From an uncultured delta proteobacterium (GTDB lineage: Bacteria; Desulfobacterota; Binatia; UBA9968), in the NCBI GenBank assembly GCA_963727625.1, contig CAVSHR010000005.1:320001-384000 (forward strand): 64,000 bases of DNA, in the 5' to 3' direction. The position numbers and the translations under genes were made by a program. Of this stretch, positions 29,421-39,511 are shown piece after piece. Position 1 is the stretch's first letter. Each line of letters begins with the position of its first letter. A model generated the notes under the pieces. The model ran no database searches. It had not been told where the DNA came from and worked only from the letters and a program-made list of their open reading frames with translations.

Positions 29421-30317
29421 ATGCCTTACTGCTACCCACCGGATCCCAACACGCGCAAGCCGCAATCGTCGCCGCCCCCGAACGCTTGCGACAGCCACTT
29501 TCATGTCTTCGGCCCGCCGGAGCAATTTCCTTTTGTCGCTACGCACGAGTATACCCCGCCGGCCGCGCCGCTGGAGCATTATTTAAAAATGCTTGCGGTC
29601 ATCGGCATCGAGCGCGCGGTAGTCGTGCAACCGAGCGTCCACGGCCTGGACAATTCGGCAACGCTCGATGCTGTCAAGAACTCCCAGGGCAGGTTCCGCG
29701 GCGTCGGCCGCATCGACGACAAGACCACGAAGGATGAAATCAGGCGCCTGCATGATGCCGGCATCCGCGGCGTGCGCTTCAACTTGCTCGATCGGCCGCG
29801 CGGCAACGTCAAGCTCGACGTGCTCGACCGCTGTGTCGACAACGTCGCCGAACTCGGCTGGTCCATCGACCTGCACATCGACATGAAGAACTTGATCGCC
29901 CAGGAAAAGCGCATTCGCGCCATGCCCGTGCCCGTAGTCATCGATCATATCGCTCGGGTGAAGCCCGCCGGGGGGTTGGACCAGCCGGGGTTTCAACTAC
30001 TGCTCGATCTGATGAAACTCAAGCATGTCTGGGTCAAGGTCAGCGGCGCGGATAAGATTTGCCAGACCCTGGTGCACTCTTACTATGGCCTTCCCTTCGT
30101 CGAAGTGATTCCCTACGCCCAGGCGGTGATTGCAGCCGCGCCGGAGCGGATTATCTGGGGCACCGACTGGCCGCACTCGAATAATTTCGTGCCCGGCCAT
30201 ACACCCAACGACGGCGATCTTGTCGATCTGCTGGCGGCCTTCGCGCCGGACGCGGCGACTAGAAAGAAGATATTGGTCGACAATCCCGCGGCATTGTACG
30301 GTTTCGAGCAATTCTAG
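29421..30317 (+). CDS. Amidohydrolase, 2-pyrone-4,6-dicarboxylate lactonase (LigI)-like
   Basis: ACDSHFHVFGP, VVVQPSVHGLDN, GIRGVRFN, IDHIAR, WGTDWPH. Confidence 0.8.
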   Translation: MPYCYPPDPNTRKPQSSPPPNACDSHFHVFGPPEQFPFVATHEYTPPAAPLEHYLKMLAVIGIERAVVVQPSVHGLDNSATLDAVKNSQGRFRGVGRIDDKTTKDEIRRLHDAGIRGVRFNLLDRPRGNVKLDVLDRCVDNVAELGWSIDLHIDMKNLIAQEKRIRAMPVPVVIDHIARVKPAGGLDQPGFQLLLDLMKLKHVWVKVSGADKICQTLVHSYYGLPFVEVIPYAQAVIAAAPERIIWGTDWPHSNNFVPGHTPNDGDLVDLLAAFAPDAATRKKILVDNPAALYGFEQF

Positions 30318-30446
30318 TTTTCCGCACTAAACGGTACCGCTACGGTGCATGCGGAGCTGGCAATCAAACCGGCCCGATAGTTTGGCCAGGTACGGGATCC
30401 TATACTTCTTCCCTTGAAGGGGGAGAGTGAGAGTGAAGGAGCCACC

Positions 30447-31376
30447 ATGATCATCGACTGGCATGCCCATGTTTATCCGCCCGAACTGGCCAAAGAGCGC
30501 CGCTGGGGCGGCACAACGCCGTTGACCATAGAAAATCTGCTCGAAGCCCATGAGAACGCGGGTATCGATCGCTGCGTGGTCAGCAACACGATTCATTACT
30601 TAAAGGACAAAACCAACGACGAGTCGCTGGCGTTTCTGCGCCGCTGGAACGAGTACGGCGCCGAGATCCAGCAAAAATATAAAGATCGAATTATTGTTTT
30701 CACCAGCACCCTGCCCTGCGGCGGTGCGTCGTTTGTCAAGGAAATGGAACGGGCCATCGTCGAATACGGTTTGCGCGGCGTGCTCATCAACTCGAGTCAT
30801 CAGCATGCTTACCCCGACGACGACGAGGCAAAGCCGTTTTTCGACGCGGTCGCGAGCCTCGGCATCCCGCTCATGATGCACGCCCCTTCGGTGGGTTACG
30901 GCGAAGAGCGCATGCGCGACTACCGCCTGGCTTCAAGCGTCGGCCGGCCCTTCGACGAGTGCCTGAGCATCGCCCGCCTGATCGTGCGCGGCGTTTTCGA
31001 GCGCCACCCCGGGATCACATTCGTCGGCTGCCATCTCGGCGGCGGCATCTGCGACGTCATCGGCCGGATGGATTACGCCTACGAGCTCGGCGACCTGGCT
31101 TCCGGGTTGGGGGCCTATGAGCCGATGTTGATCACCAAGCGTCCGAGCGATTATCTCAAGACTCTTTTCATGGACACGGTCGCCTATCATCCGCCGGCCA
31201 TCATGTGCGCCTATCAGACCGTAGGCGCCAAGCATTTGCTGTTCGGCAGCGACGCGCCGCCGCTCCTGCCGCTCTTGCCGCGGGCAAAAAAAATCATCGA
31301 AGAGCTGCCAATCACGGAAGCGGAGCGCCAAGACATTTTCGGCGCCAACGCGCTGAAGCTGCTGCAAGGGTCATGA
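30447..31376 (+). CDS. Amidohydrolase_2 family protein (ACMSD/decarboxylase-like)
   Basis: IIDWHAH, HLGGG, LLFGSDAP, NALKLL. Confidence 0.8.
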   Translation: MIIDWHAHVYPPELAKERRWGGTTPLTIENLLEAHENAGIDRCVVSNTIHYLKDKTNDESLAFLRRWNEYGAEIQQKYKDRIIVFTSTLPCGGASFVKEMERAIVEYGLRGVLINSSHQHAYPDDDEAKPFFDAVASLGIPLMMHAPSVGYGEERMRDYRLASSVGRPFDECLSIARLIVRGVFERHPGITFVGCHLGGGICDVIGRMDYAYELGDLASGLGAYEPMLITKRPSDYLKTLFMDTVAYHPPAIMCAYQTVGAKHLLFGSDAPPLLPLLPRAKKIIEELPITEAERQDIFGANALKLLQGS

Positions 31377-31450
31377 CCCGTGGGTTGGCAAGTTGCGCGC
31401 ATTCCGGCGACGTGGCATAAGCAATTTAATGCTCCGGAAAGGAAGTTTTT

Positions 31451-31726
31451 ATGCCGCCGTTATCCTATGATGATCTCATCGAACCGACGATCGTAAAACA
31501 AGTTTCGAAAAGCGTTGCCTATTGCCGCTGCACGCGCAGTAAGAATCTGCCGTTCTGCGACGGATCGCACGCGGTGACAAACGTACAGCCGTTTGTTCTT
31601 GAGCTCGAGCAACCGGAAACCATCGCCATCTGCCGCTGCTGGAAGTCAAAAGAACACCCCTTTTGTGACGGCACCCATGGCCGTTTGGTCAAACCCAAGG
31701 AAAGACCGCCGCGAAATCACGGATAA
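31451..31726 (+). CDS. CDGSH iron-sulfur domain protein (two CDGSH motifs)
   Basis: CRCTRSKNLPFCDGSH and CRCWKSKEHPFCDGTH. Confidence 0.9.
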   Translation: MPPLSYDDLIEPTIVKQVSKSVAYCRCTRSKNLPFCDGSHAVTNVQPFVLELEQPETIAICRCWKSKEHPFCDGTHGRLVKPKERPPRNHG

Positions 31727-31737
31727 CTAAAGTTATT

Positions 31738-31782
31738 GTTTGACGTTTTGAACGATTGGAACTGCTTGAACGATTTGGACGC
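31738..31782. repeat. 9-bp-period TTGAAC array
   Basis: TTTGAACGA TTGGAACTG CTTGAACGA TTTGGACG. Confidence 0.55.
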
Positions 31783-31806
31783 GTTTTAATTTAAAGGAGG
31801 TTTACC

Positions 31807-32193
31807 ATGGTCGAGATGAAAAACCCTATTAAGGAGGCCGACGCCAATCCGGGCGTCAATCACCTCAGTCTGTGGAGAACCGATCTGGCGTATTATTGGG
31901 TGATCAATTGCGAAGGCCGGCTCCAGGACGACATGCACTACCACGATAACGACGATCATATCTTCATGCTGCTCGAAGGCGAGTGCACTATTCGCACGCC
32001 GCACAAAGAGTTTGTCCTGAAGCAGTTCGACACCGTGTTGCTGCAATCCGGCGAGCCCTACCAGCTATGCAACACCGGCAGCGGGAGAATGCTGTTGCTC
32101 GGCGCCGGCAATTCGGGAGTCGACGGCAAGCCCAGAACCCGCGTGCCGAAAATTCCCAGTCACGTGCCGGTCACAGATCCGATTCTTGCGTGA
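31807..32193 (+). CDS. Cupin domain protein
   Basis: MHYHDNDDHIFMLLEGE; AAGGAGG RBS. Confidence 0.8.
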   Translation: MVEMKNPIKEADANPGVNHLSLWRTDLAYYWVINCEGRLQDDMHYHDNDDHIFMLLEGECTIRTPHKEFVLKQFDTVLLQSGEPYQLCNTGSGRMLLLGAGNSGVDGKPRTRVPKIPSHVPVTDPILA

Positions 32194-33439
32194 TGTTGGC
32201 GTAATCGGCGGCGTGGCGGGCAATCTCAGCGTGATACCTACGATTGATGATTAGCAGCCCCGCCGCGGCGACGATGCAAACTGCACCGCACAGGGCGAAG
32301 GTCCATTCGATGCCGATACCTGCCGCAGCGGTGCCGATGATCACGCTGCCCAGCGACCACAGCCCGCGGTCCATAAAAAACAGGCTCAGCACCCGCCCCA
32401 GCAAATTCGACGGCGTCGCGGTTTGAATTGCCGTGTTGGCCAAGGCGCGCCCGGAGATTTGCGAAAACCCGATCATCGCCAGGAAAAAAAACGACAAGAA
32501 AAAATAGTGGGAAAAAGCGAACAAAGTCAGAAATAACGCGAAGCCCATGGCGCTGTAGCAAACCGGCCGGACCCCGACATGGAGTTTCTTTAACGAGGCG
32601 AGCGTGAGCGCTGCCACGGTGGCGCCGAGTCCCGGCGCGGACATGAGCACACCGAAGCCGGACGCCCCGACGTGCAATACATTGGTGGCAAAGATCGGTA
32701 CAAAGCGATTGTAGGGCGCGCAGAAGGTGGCGATGACGTAAGATAACCCGACGATGGAAAGCAGGCGCCGGTTGCCGAGCAAATAATTAAATCCTTCCTT
32801 GACGTCGACCCAGAGACTCGGCTCATCGGCGCGCTTTTCCCAGGGCGGAAGCTCCATCAAGTAAAGATTAAACAGCAAAAACACGAAGCTGATCGCGTTC
32901 ACCAGAAAACAACCGGCGATGCCGATGTAGGCGATGATGATGCCGCCCGCGGATGGTCCAAGAATCTTGGAGAAATTGAAAACCGAAGACTGCAGGCCGA
33001 TGGCGTTGAGCAATTCCTCTTTGGGCACCAAGCTGTTGACCAGCGACTGGCGCGCCGTTTGATTGATCGTGTTGACAACGCCAAGAAAGAACGCTAGCGC
33101 AGCGATGTGCCAGAGTTGAATCACGTCAAACTGCACCGCCAGCCAGTATACGATGGCTTGGGTCATCGCTGCCGACTGAGTGATCATCAAGACGCGTCGG
33201 CGGTCAAATCGGTCCGCGATGGCGCCGCCCAGGGCGCCGACCAACAACCGGGGCATCGTATCGAAAAAAGCCACCACGCCGATCGCCACCGGCGATTTAG
33301 AAATATGCCAGACCAGCCAGCTTTGGGCGACGTTTTGCATGAAATCGCCCGAGCTGGAGATCAGCGCACCTTCCAGCAGGAGACGGAAGTTACGATGCCT
33401 GAGAGAGCGCAGGGTTCTAAGATTCCGTAGACTTGGCAT
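32171..33439 (-). CDS. MFS transporter (MFS_3/DHA3-like)
   Basis: LRHRNFRLL, GGAIADRFDRRR motif A, GRVLS; start moved to ATG 33439. Confidence 0.88.
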   Translation of the reverse strand: MPSLRNLRTLRSLRHRNFRLLLEGALISSSGDFMQNVAQSWLVWHISKSPVAIGVVAFFDTMPRLLVGALGGAIADRFDRRRVLMITQSAAMTQAIVYWLAVQFDVIQLWHIAALAFFLGVVNTINQTARQSLVNSLVPKEELLNAIGLQSSVFNFSKILGPSAGGIIIAYIGIAGCFLVNAISFVFLLFNLYLMELPPWEKRADEPSLWVDVKEGFNYLLGNRRLLSIVGLSYVIATFCAPYNRFVPIFATNVLHVGASGFGVLMSAPGLGATVAALTLASLKKLHVGVRPVCYSAMGFALFLTLFAFSHYFFLSFFFLAMIGFSQISGRALANTAIQTATPSNLLGRVLSLFFMDRGLWSLGSVIIGTAAAGIGIEWTFALCGAVCIVAAAGLLIINRRYHAEIARHAADYANITQESDL

Positions 33440-33611
33440 GTTTGACCTAAGTTGCTTGTGATCGCTATTCTTACGCGACCGCGCCGGGTTTGCAAAGCCA
33501 CGGCAACTCCGAGCTTGACGCGAATTGTATCGCGGTGCGGCGCAGCCTATGATGGCTGCAGATTCAGCCGCGTCAATTGCGCTCGAATAGAACTTACGCC
33601 GGAGGCAGGCA

Positions 33612-34130
33612 ATGTTCCAAATGCCGATCGTCGACTTGCTCGCGCGCGGGCGCGAGCTTGCTGAAACTGGCAGACGCGTGAGCGTCCTCTGGCAGCACGC
33701 CGACACATTGGTGTTTCTCGCCCGCGGGCGCGAGTACCGGAGCGAATTTCACATCAATCCGAGCGACGAAACCATGCAGATAATCAAAGGCGAGATGCGC
33801 CTGCACTACCGCACGCCGGAAGGCAAAGAGGAGGTGGCGGTGATCCCGCAAGGCGCGATCATCTATACACCCGCCGGGACGCCGCACTCGCCGCGCTTCC
33901 CGCCGGACGCCTTCGCGCTCATCTCCGAGCGCAAGCGGCGAGCCGGTGAGATTGACCGTTTTCACTGGTACTGTGCGAAGTGCGATGCGCTTCTTCACGA
34001 AGAAAGTTTCGTCGTGGAAGACTACGCCCTGGACCCGGTCTCGAAAGCGTACCAGCGCTTCTTCAGCAGCGAAGAGTTTCGTACCTGCAAGCAATGCGGC
34101 GCAGTCATGCCAGGCCCGGATTCGCTCTAA
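33612..34130 (+). CDS. nbaC: 3-hydroxyanthranilate 3,4-dioxygenase-like protein
   Basis: RSEFHINPSDE, PHSP, ERKR..GE.D.F.WYC..C and RTC..CG rubredoxin-like Cys pairs. Confidence 0.75.
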   Translation: MFQMPIVDLLARGRELAETGRRVSVLWQHADTLVFLARGREYRSEFHINPSDETMQIIKGEMRLHYRTPEGKEEVAVIPQGAIIYTPAGTPHSPRFPPDAFALISERKRRAGEIDRFHWYCAKCDALLHEESFVVEDYALDPVSKAYQRFFSSEEFRTCKQCGAVMPGPDSL

Positions 34131-34186
34131 GCGTGATAAGGGATCGTATGGGTGATTCGGCTGTGGGTGAGAAAAGCGATCCCAAT

Positions 34187-34272
34187 CTTGAAGGTTTGAA
34201 CGAATCGCCCGAGGTTTGAACGTCGTGAACGGAGCGCCACGGTTGAACGGTTTGAACTTTTTGAACGCTTGA
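34187..34272. repeat. TTGAAC array between convergent genes
   Basis: Contains GAACGGAGCG...CGGTTGAACG.TTTGAAC, matching 14810-14840. Confidence 0.65.
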
Positions 34273-34279
34273 CCGGGAC

Positions 34280-35266
<987 letters not shown>

Positions 35267-35372
35267 AGAAAGATTACTGTTAGCGCCGATGGAGAGAGAT
35301 CGAGGGCGACGCCGGTCGCCCCTGCATTATTGGTGATCTTTGCGTTCTTTGCGGTTAGTTCTTCTTGGTTTC

Positions 35373-36839
35373 TTACTTCAGCAAGTAGCCGAATTGCTCC
35401 CGCGCCTTGCGCACGATCTCCTGGCTCGGCGCGTTCACCCGGGGGAATTTGTCGCGCCATTCGAAGGGCCGGGTCGCGTCGATGACCATACGTGAATTGG
35501 TGAAGTCGCGGACCTTGCGCTGCTCGGGCGTGAGCCGCGGGTCGGCCGGCGTGCTGCGCATGCGTCGCAGGATGTCCACAGAAGTCGCCGGATCGTAGCG
35601 CGACAGCATGGCCCACATCAGCTGATCCAGATTGGACACGTCGATGTCGTCGTCGACGACGATCACCATTTTGCAGCCGTACACGCTCGCGCCGCAGCTC
35701 GCCGCCAGCACTCCGACTTGCTTGGCGTGCCCCGCATAGCGTTGCTTTATGGCGAGCGCGATCAGCATGCGCGAGGCGCCGATCTCGTGCGACCACACCT
35801 GCGTCACTTCGGGCACGCCGGCGGCATAGAGTTGCTGTTTGAGCATGGCCGAGCGCATGATCGCGCGATAGCGCGCCATTTCGTCCGAGCCGCCGCCGAT
35901 GGGCGGCACCCCGAGAATGATCGGATCATTGCGATGATAGATCGCTTCGATCTCCAGCACCGGCTGGGCGCTCTCGTCCGAGGCGTAGTATCCGGTCCAC
36001 TCGCCGAACGGCCCTTCGAATTTGCGGTTGTCGTTGTTCAAAAAACCCTCGAAGACGATCTCCGAGTTGGCCGGAAACGGCAGACCGGTGATTTTCCCGC
36101 GCACGCATTCAACCGGCTTGCGGCGCATGCCGCCGACGATGTCGTACTCGCACAGTCCGTAGGGTTGCTCCGTTCCAGCCATGAAGAAAAACAGCGGATC
36201 GCCGCCGATGACGAGAGCCAGCGGCATCTTCTCGCCGCGTTTGAAATATTTTTCCCGGTGCATGTAGCCATGCTTGCCGGGCACCATCAGCAGGCTGACG
36301 CTCTTCTGATCCTGGACCATGGCGCGATAGCAGCCGGCGTTGACCCATTTTTCGTCCGGGTCCATGGTGACGGAAAAACAGCCGGTGCCGATATAGCGCC
36401 CGCCGTCGTTGACATGCCAGACCGGCGTAGGGAATTTCATGATATCGACATCGCCGCCCGTGCGAGCGTTTTCGAATACCGGCCCGTCCTCGACGATCAC
36501 CGGCGGAATAGGTTTCGGATCTTTCTGGTAGTGGGCGAAATAGGCGTCGCTCAATTCCTGCTTGGTCAACCCTTGAGGAAAACCGAGCGTCATCGCGCGC
36601 CGCTTGCCGGCAAAACAATTGATCAATAAGCGATACCCCTTCGGGCAACCCGGCACTTCGTCAAAGATCACCGCCGGGCCTTCGTCGGGCGGCACGACGA
36701 CGTCGGTCGCCAAGCCGATCTCCTCCTGCCAGGAGGCGCCGAGAACGGTTTTGAGCTCGCCGAGCTTTTCGGCTTCGCGCATCCATTCGCGCAGGTCGGT
36801 AAAAGCAATGTACGGTTGAATCTTTGCGCTGTCGAACAT
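35373..36839 (-). CDS. UbiD family (prFMN-dependent) decarboxylase
   Basis: DGGRYIGTG, CYR, EGPFGEWTGYY, IVVDDDID. Confidence 0.9.
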   Translation of the reverse strand: MFDSAKIQPYIAFTDLREWMREAEKLGELKTVLGASWQEEIGLATDVVVPPDEGPAVIFDEVPGCPKGYRLLINCFAGKRRAMTLGFPQGLTKQELSDAYFAHYQKDPKPIPPVIVEDGPVFENARTGGDVDIMKFPTPVWHVNDGGRYIGTGCFSVTMDPDEKWVNAGCYRAMVQDQKSVSLLMVPGKHGYMHREKYFKRGEKMPLALVIGGDPLFFFMAGTEQPYGLCEYDIVGGMRRKPVECVRGKITGLPFPANSEIVFEGFLNNDNRKFEGPFGEWTGYYASDESAQPVLEIEAIYHRNDPIILGVPPIGGGSDEMARYRAIMRSAMLKQQLYAAGVPEVTQVWSHEIGASRMLIALAIKQRYAGHAKQVGVLAASCGASVYGCKMVIVVDDDIDVSNLDQLMWAMLSRYDPATSVDILRRMRSTPADPRLTPEQRKVRDFTNSRMVIDATRPFEWRDKFPRVNAPSQEIVRKAREQFGYLLK

Positions 36840-37160
36840 TTTCGCTCCTTCTTTCTCTCTTCGATGGCGCTACCCTAGCACAAACTAGGACCGCAGGAAA
36901 ATTCGCTATGGCGGCGTAGCCGCGAATTAAAGACCAACCTTTACTTTGACGCGAAGTGGAAGCGGTTCACTCCTGCTTATGTAGACGGCCGATTCGAACC
37001 GACACTGAATTAACCGGCCGAGCGCGGCGATGAGCCATCGCGTGATCGGACATGCGACATTTGCGGGTTGATTCGCTCGGGGGCTTCAGTAGAATGAGTG
37101 AAGGTTGAAAAGGGCCAACGAATTGCCAGCCATAACGCGCTAAAAAGTGAGGAGCAGACC

Positions 37161-38228
37161 ATGATCGTCGATGCCGATGCCCATGTCGTGGAAACTGAGC
37201 ACACCTGGGATTTTTTGGATGCGGCCGAAAAAAAATTTCGTCCGCAACTCTTCAGCTCCACCGACAACCCCAACATGCAGTACTGGTTCGTCGAAGGAAA
37301 GTCTATCGGCTTTCGCCCGCCGACGCTGACCGAGCAGGAGCTCATCGCCCTGTCCAAGGAAACCGGACGGGAACTGAAGACTGCCCCCGAGGCGCGTGAA
37401 CTGCGTGATGTCGAGCTTCGTTTAAAGCACATGGATAAGCTTGGCATCGACGTGCAGATTTTGTTCAACACCATGTGGATCGCCCGCGTCGCCGACAAAG
37501 CCGAAGCAGAGATCGCGTTGTGCAAATCGTGGAACCGCTGGATGGCCGAAGTCTGGAAGCAAGGCAACCATCGCCTGCGCTGGTCCTGCGTCGTGCCAGC
37601 GATGACCTTGAGCGAGGCGCTTGACCAGATGCGCTACGCCAGGAAAAACGGTGCGGTAGCCGTGAGCCTGCGTCCCTTCGAGGACGACAAACATCTGGTC
37701 GATCCGTACTTCTACCCGATTTATGAAGAAGCGACGCGACTCGATATGGCCGTCGCCGTGCACATCGCCAACGGTAGCCCGCAGCTCCTGGATCAGTTCA
37801 AACCGCGCTACGATAAGATGGGTGGCTTCGCCCAGTTTCGCATTCCGACAGTTATCACTTGTTTGTCGCTGATGATGAGCGAAGTGCCCAAGACTTTCCC
37901 GAAATTGCGCTGGGCATTTGTCGAAGCCTCGGCACAATGGGTTCCCTGGGTCGTCAAAGAAGCAACCCGCCGCACCGGCGCCAAAGGCTATCCCAAGCTA
38001 CCGTTCAAGGAATTCAACATCTATGTGACAACGGAAACCAATGACGATTTCGACTACGTGCTGCGCTATGCCGGCGAAGATAACGTCGTTATCGGCACCG
38101 ACTACGGCCACACCGATGCGTCGAGTGAAGTCGACGCGATCGATATTTTCCGCGCCAATGATTTGGTCGTCGATCCGGTCAAGAAAAAAATTCTCGACGA
38201 CAACCCGCGCCGGTTGTACGGGCTATAG
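37161..38228 (+). CDS. Amidohydrolase_2 family protein
   Basis: IVDADAHVVE, FVEASAQW, GTDYGH, DNPRRLYGL; GAGGAG RBS. Confidence 0.85.
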   Translation: MIVDADAHVVETEHTWDFLDAAEKKFRPQLFSSTDNPNMQYWFVEGKSIGFRPPTLTEQELIALSKETGRELKTAPEARELRDVELRLKHMDKLGIDVQILFNTMWIARVADKAEAEIALCKSWNRWMAEVWKQGNHRLRWSCVVPAMTLSEALDQMRYARKNGAVAVSLRPFEDDKHLVDPYFYPIYEEATRLDMAVAVHIANGSPQLLDQFKPRYDKMGGFAQFRIPTVITCLSLMMSEVPKTFPKLRWAFVEASAQWVPWVVKEATRRTGAKGYPKLPFKEFNIYVTTETNDDFDYVLRYAGEDNVVIGTDYGHTDASSEVDAIDIFRANDLVVDPVKKKILDDNPRRLYGL

Positions 38229-38250
38229 GCGACTTGGTTAGACAGAGTAG

Positions 38251-38294
38251 AGCGTGGGGCAGCTTCTCAAATCGGCAGCCGCCCCACGCTTTTT
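38251..38294 (+). terminator. Probable intrinsic terminator
   Basis: AGCGTGGGGCAGCT...AGCCGCCCCACGCT followed by TTTT. Confidence 0.55.
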
Positions 38295-38662
38295 CCAGCC
38301 GTGCAACCCGATTCCGCGCCTATTCAATTGTCCGAAGTACGATGTCGTTTCACGATGCTCGTTTCAGCGTGCTCATCCAAGAACTTCTCACATTTCAACG
38401 AATTGGCTTCTCCCCTGTTTTTTCCGCACATCAAGATTCCCCCTCTGTTTAAGTCGTCGGAGAAATCGATTCAATCTGAGCGTGTTTGGAAACCCAGCGG
38501 TAGGGACAAAATCCGTGCGGACCGGAACGCTCCGGTTCCGGTGGCGGATATTTTCGTTGTTATTACCTTTAACTTAAGCCTATAATTCAGCCATCGGATG
38601 GACGGCCTTTGGAGAGACGTCTGTCCTGCGGTGTCCAACAATAATCCAATGAGGAGACCTGT

Positions 38663-39145
38663 ATGGCTGTCATCAAGAAGATTTTGGCACCAACGGACTT
38701 GTCCGAGGTTTCGGCCAGCGGAATAAAGTACGCCTGTAATCTGGCTAAAGATGTCGGTGCAGAAGTAATCATCGTCAATGCCATCAAAGTGGAGGAGCTC
38801 ATGTCCGTGTTCCGACAATTACAAGACAGCCCCTCTGCTCAATGGGATCAAGCGAATGCGCTAGAAGAACGGCTCGTGGATCGCCACAGACAGCTGCTTG
38901 AAGAGTTTGTGAAACGCCAGGTTCCTGAGGTTGGGTCGGGTTTAAACGTACGCAAAATTGTCGAAGTCGGCGAGCCCTATTCGACCCTTGTCGATCGGGC
39001 AAAGAAAGAAAAAGTCGATCTGATCGTGATGTCCACCCATGGACGCAGCGGAATACCCCGGATGATGCTGGGTAGCGTGACGGAAAGAGTTCTCCGAAGT
39101 TCGCCTTGTCCTGTATTAGCAATTCCTTTGCCTCAGGAGAACTGA
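38663..39145 (+). CDS. Universal stress protein
   Basis: KKILAPTDLS, DLIVMSTHGRSG...LGSVTERVLR.SPCPVL. Confidence 0.92.
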   Translation: MAVIKKILAPTDLSEVSASGIKYACNLAKDVGAEVIIVNAIKVEELMSVFRQLQDSPSAQWDQANALEERLVDRHRQLLEEFVKRQVPEVGSGLNVRKIVEVGEPYSTLVDRAKKEKVDLIVMSTHGRSGIPRMMLGSVTERVLRSSPCPVLAIPLPQEN

Positions 39146-39293
39146 ACTACCCTCGGCTCCAAGCCGGGGGGTTCCGAATTTGTCGACTGGAAGTCGACTT
39201 CTGTTTCCGTCATTGTGGCGCATGCCGGAATCCATGGGGTTTTTTGTTTTCGGACCGAGAGGGAACCTGGATGCCGGCGTTTGCCGGCATGGC
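39144..39293. repeat. Palindromic repeat cluster
   Basis: Hairpin CCCTCGGCTCCAAGCCGGGGG and inverted pair GTCATT..GCG..GCCGGAATCCA / TGGATGCCGGC..GCCGGCATG. Confidence 0.5.
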
Positions 39294-39511
39294 TAACTTT
39301 CACTTTGCCGGAAAGCGAGGGATCTCAACCATCCCCGAAAGGGTTATTAAAAGCAAGCGTGTCCGTCATTAACGTTCGCTTATGATAAGAAGTGGAGTTG
39401 ATGCAACCGAGAGGATCTCGAAGGTAGAAACTTCCGGCTCTGCTGCCATGATGACATCATTGACACCGTCAGATACTCAACGAGGGCAAAGCTGAAGGAG
39501 CCGGTCGTACC

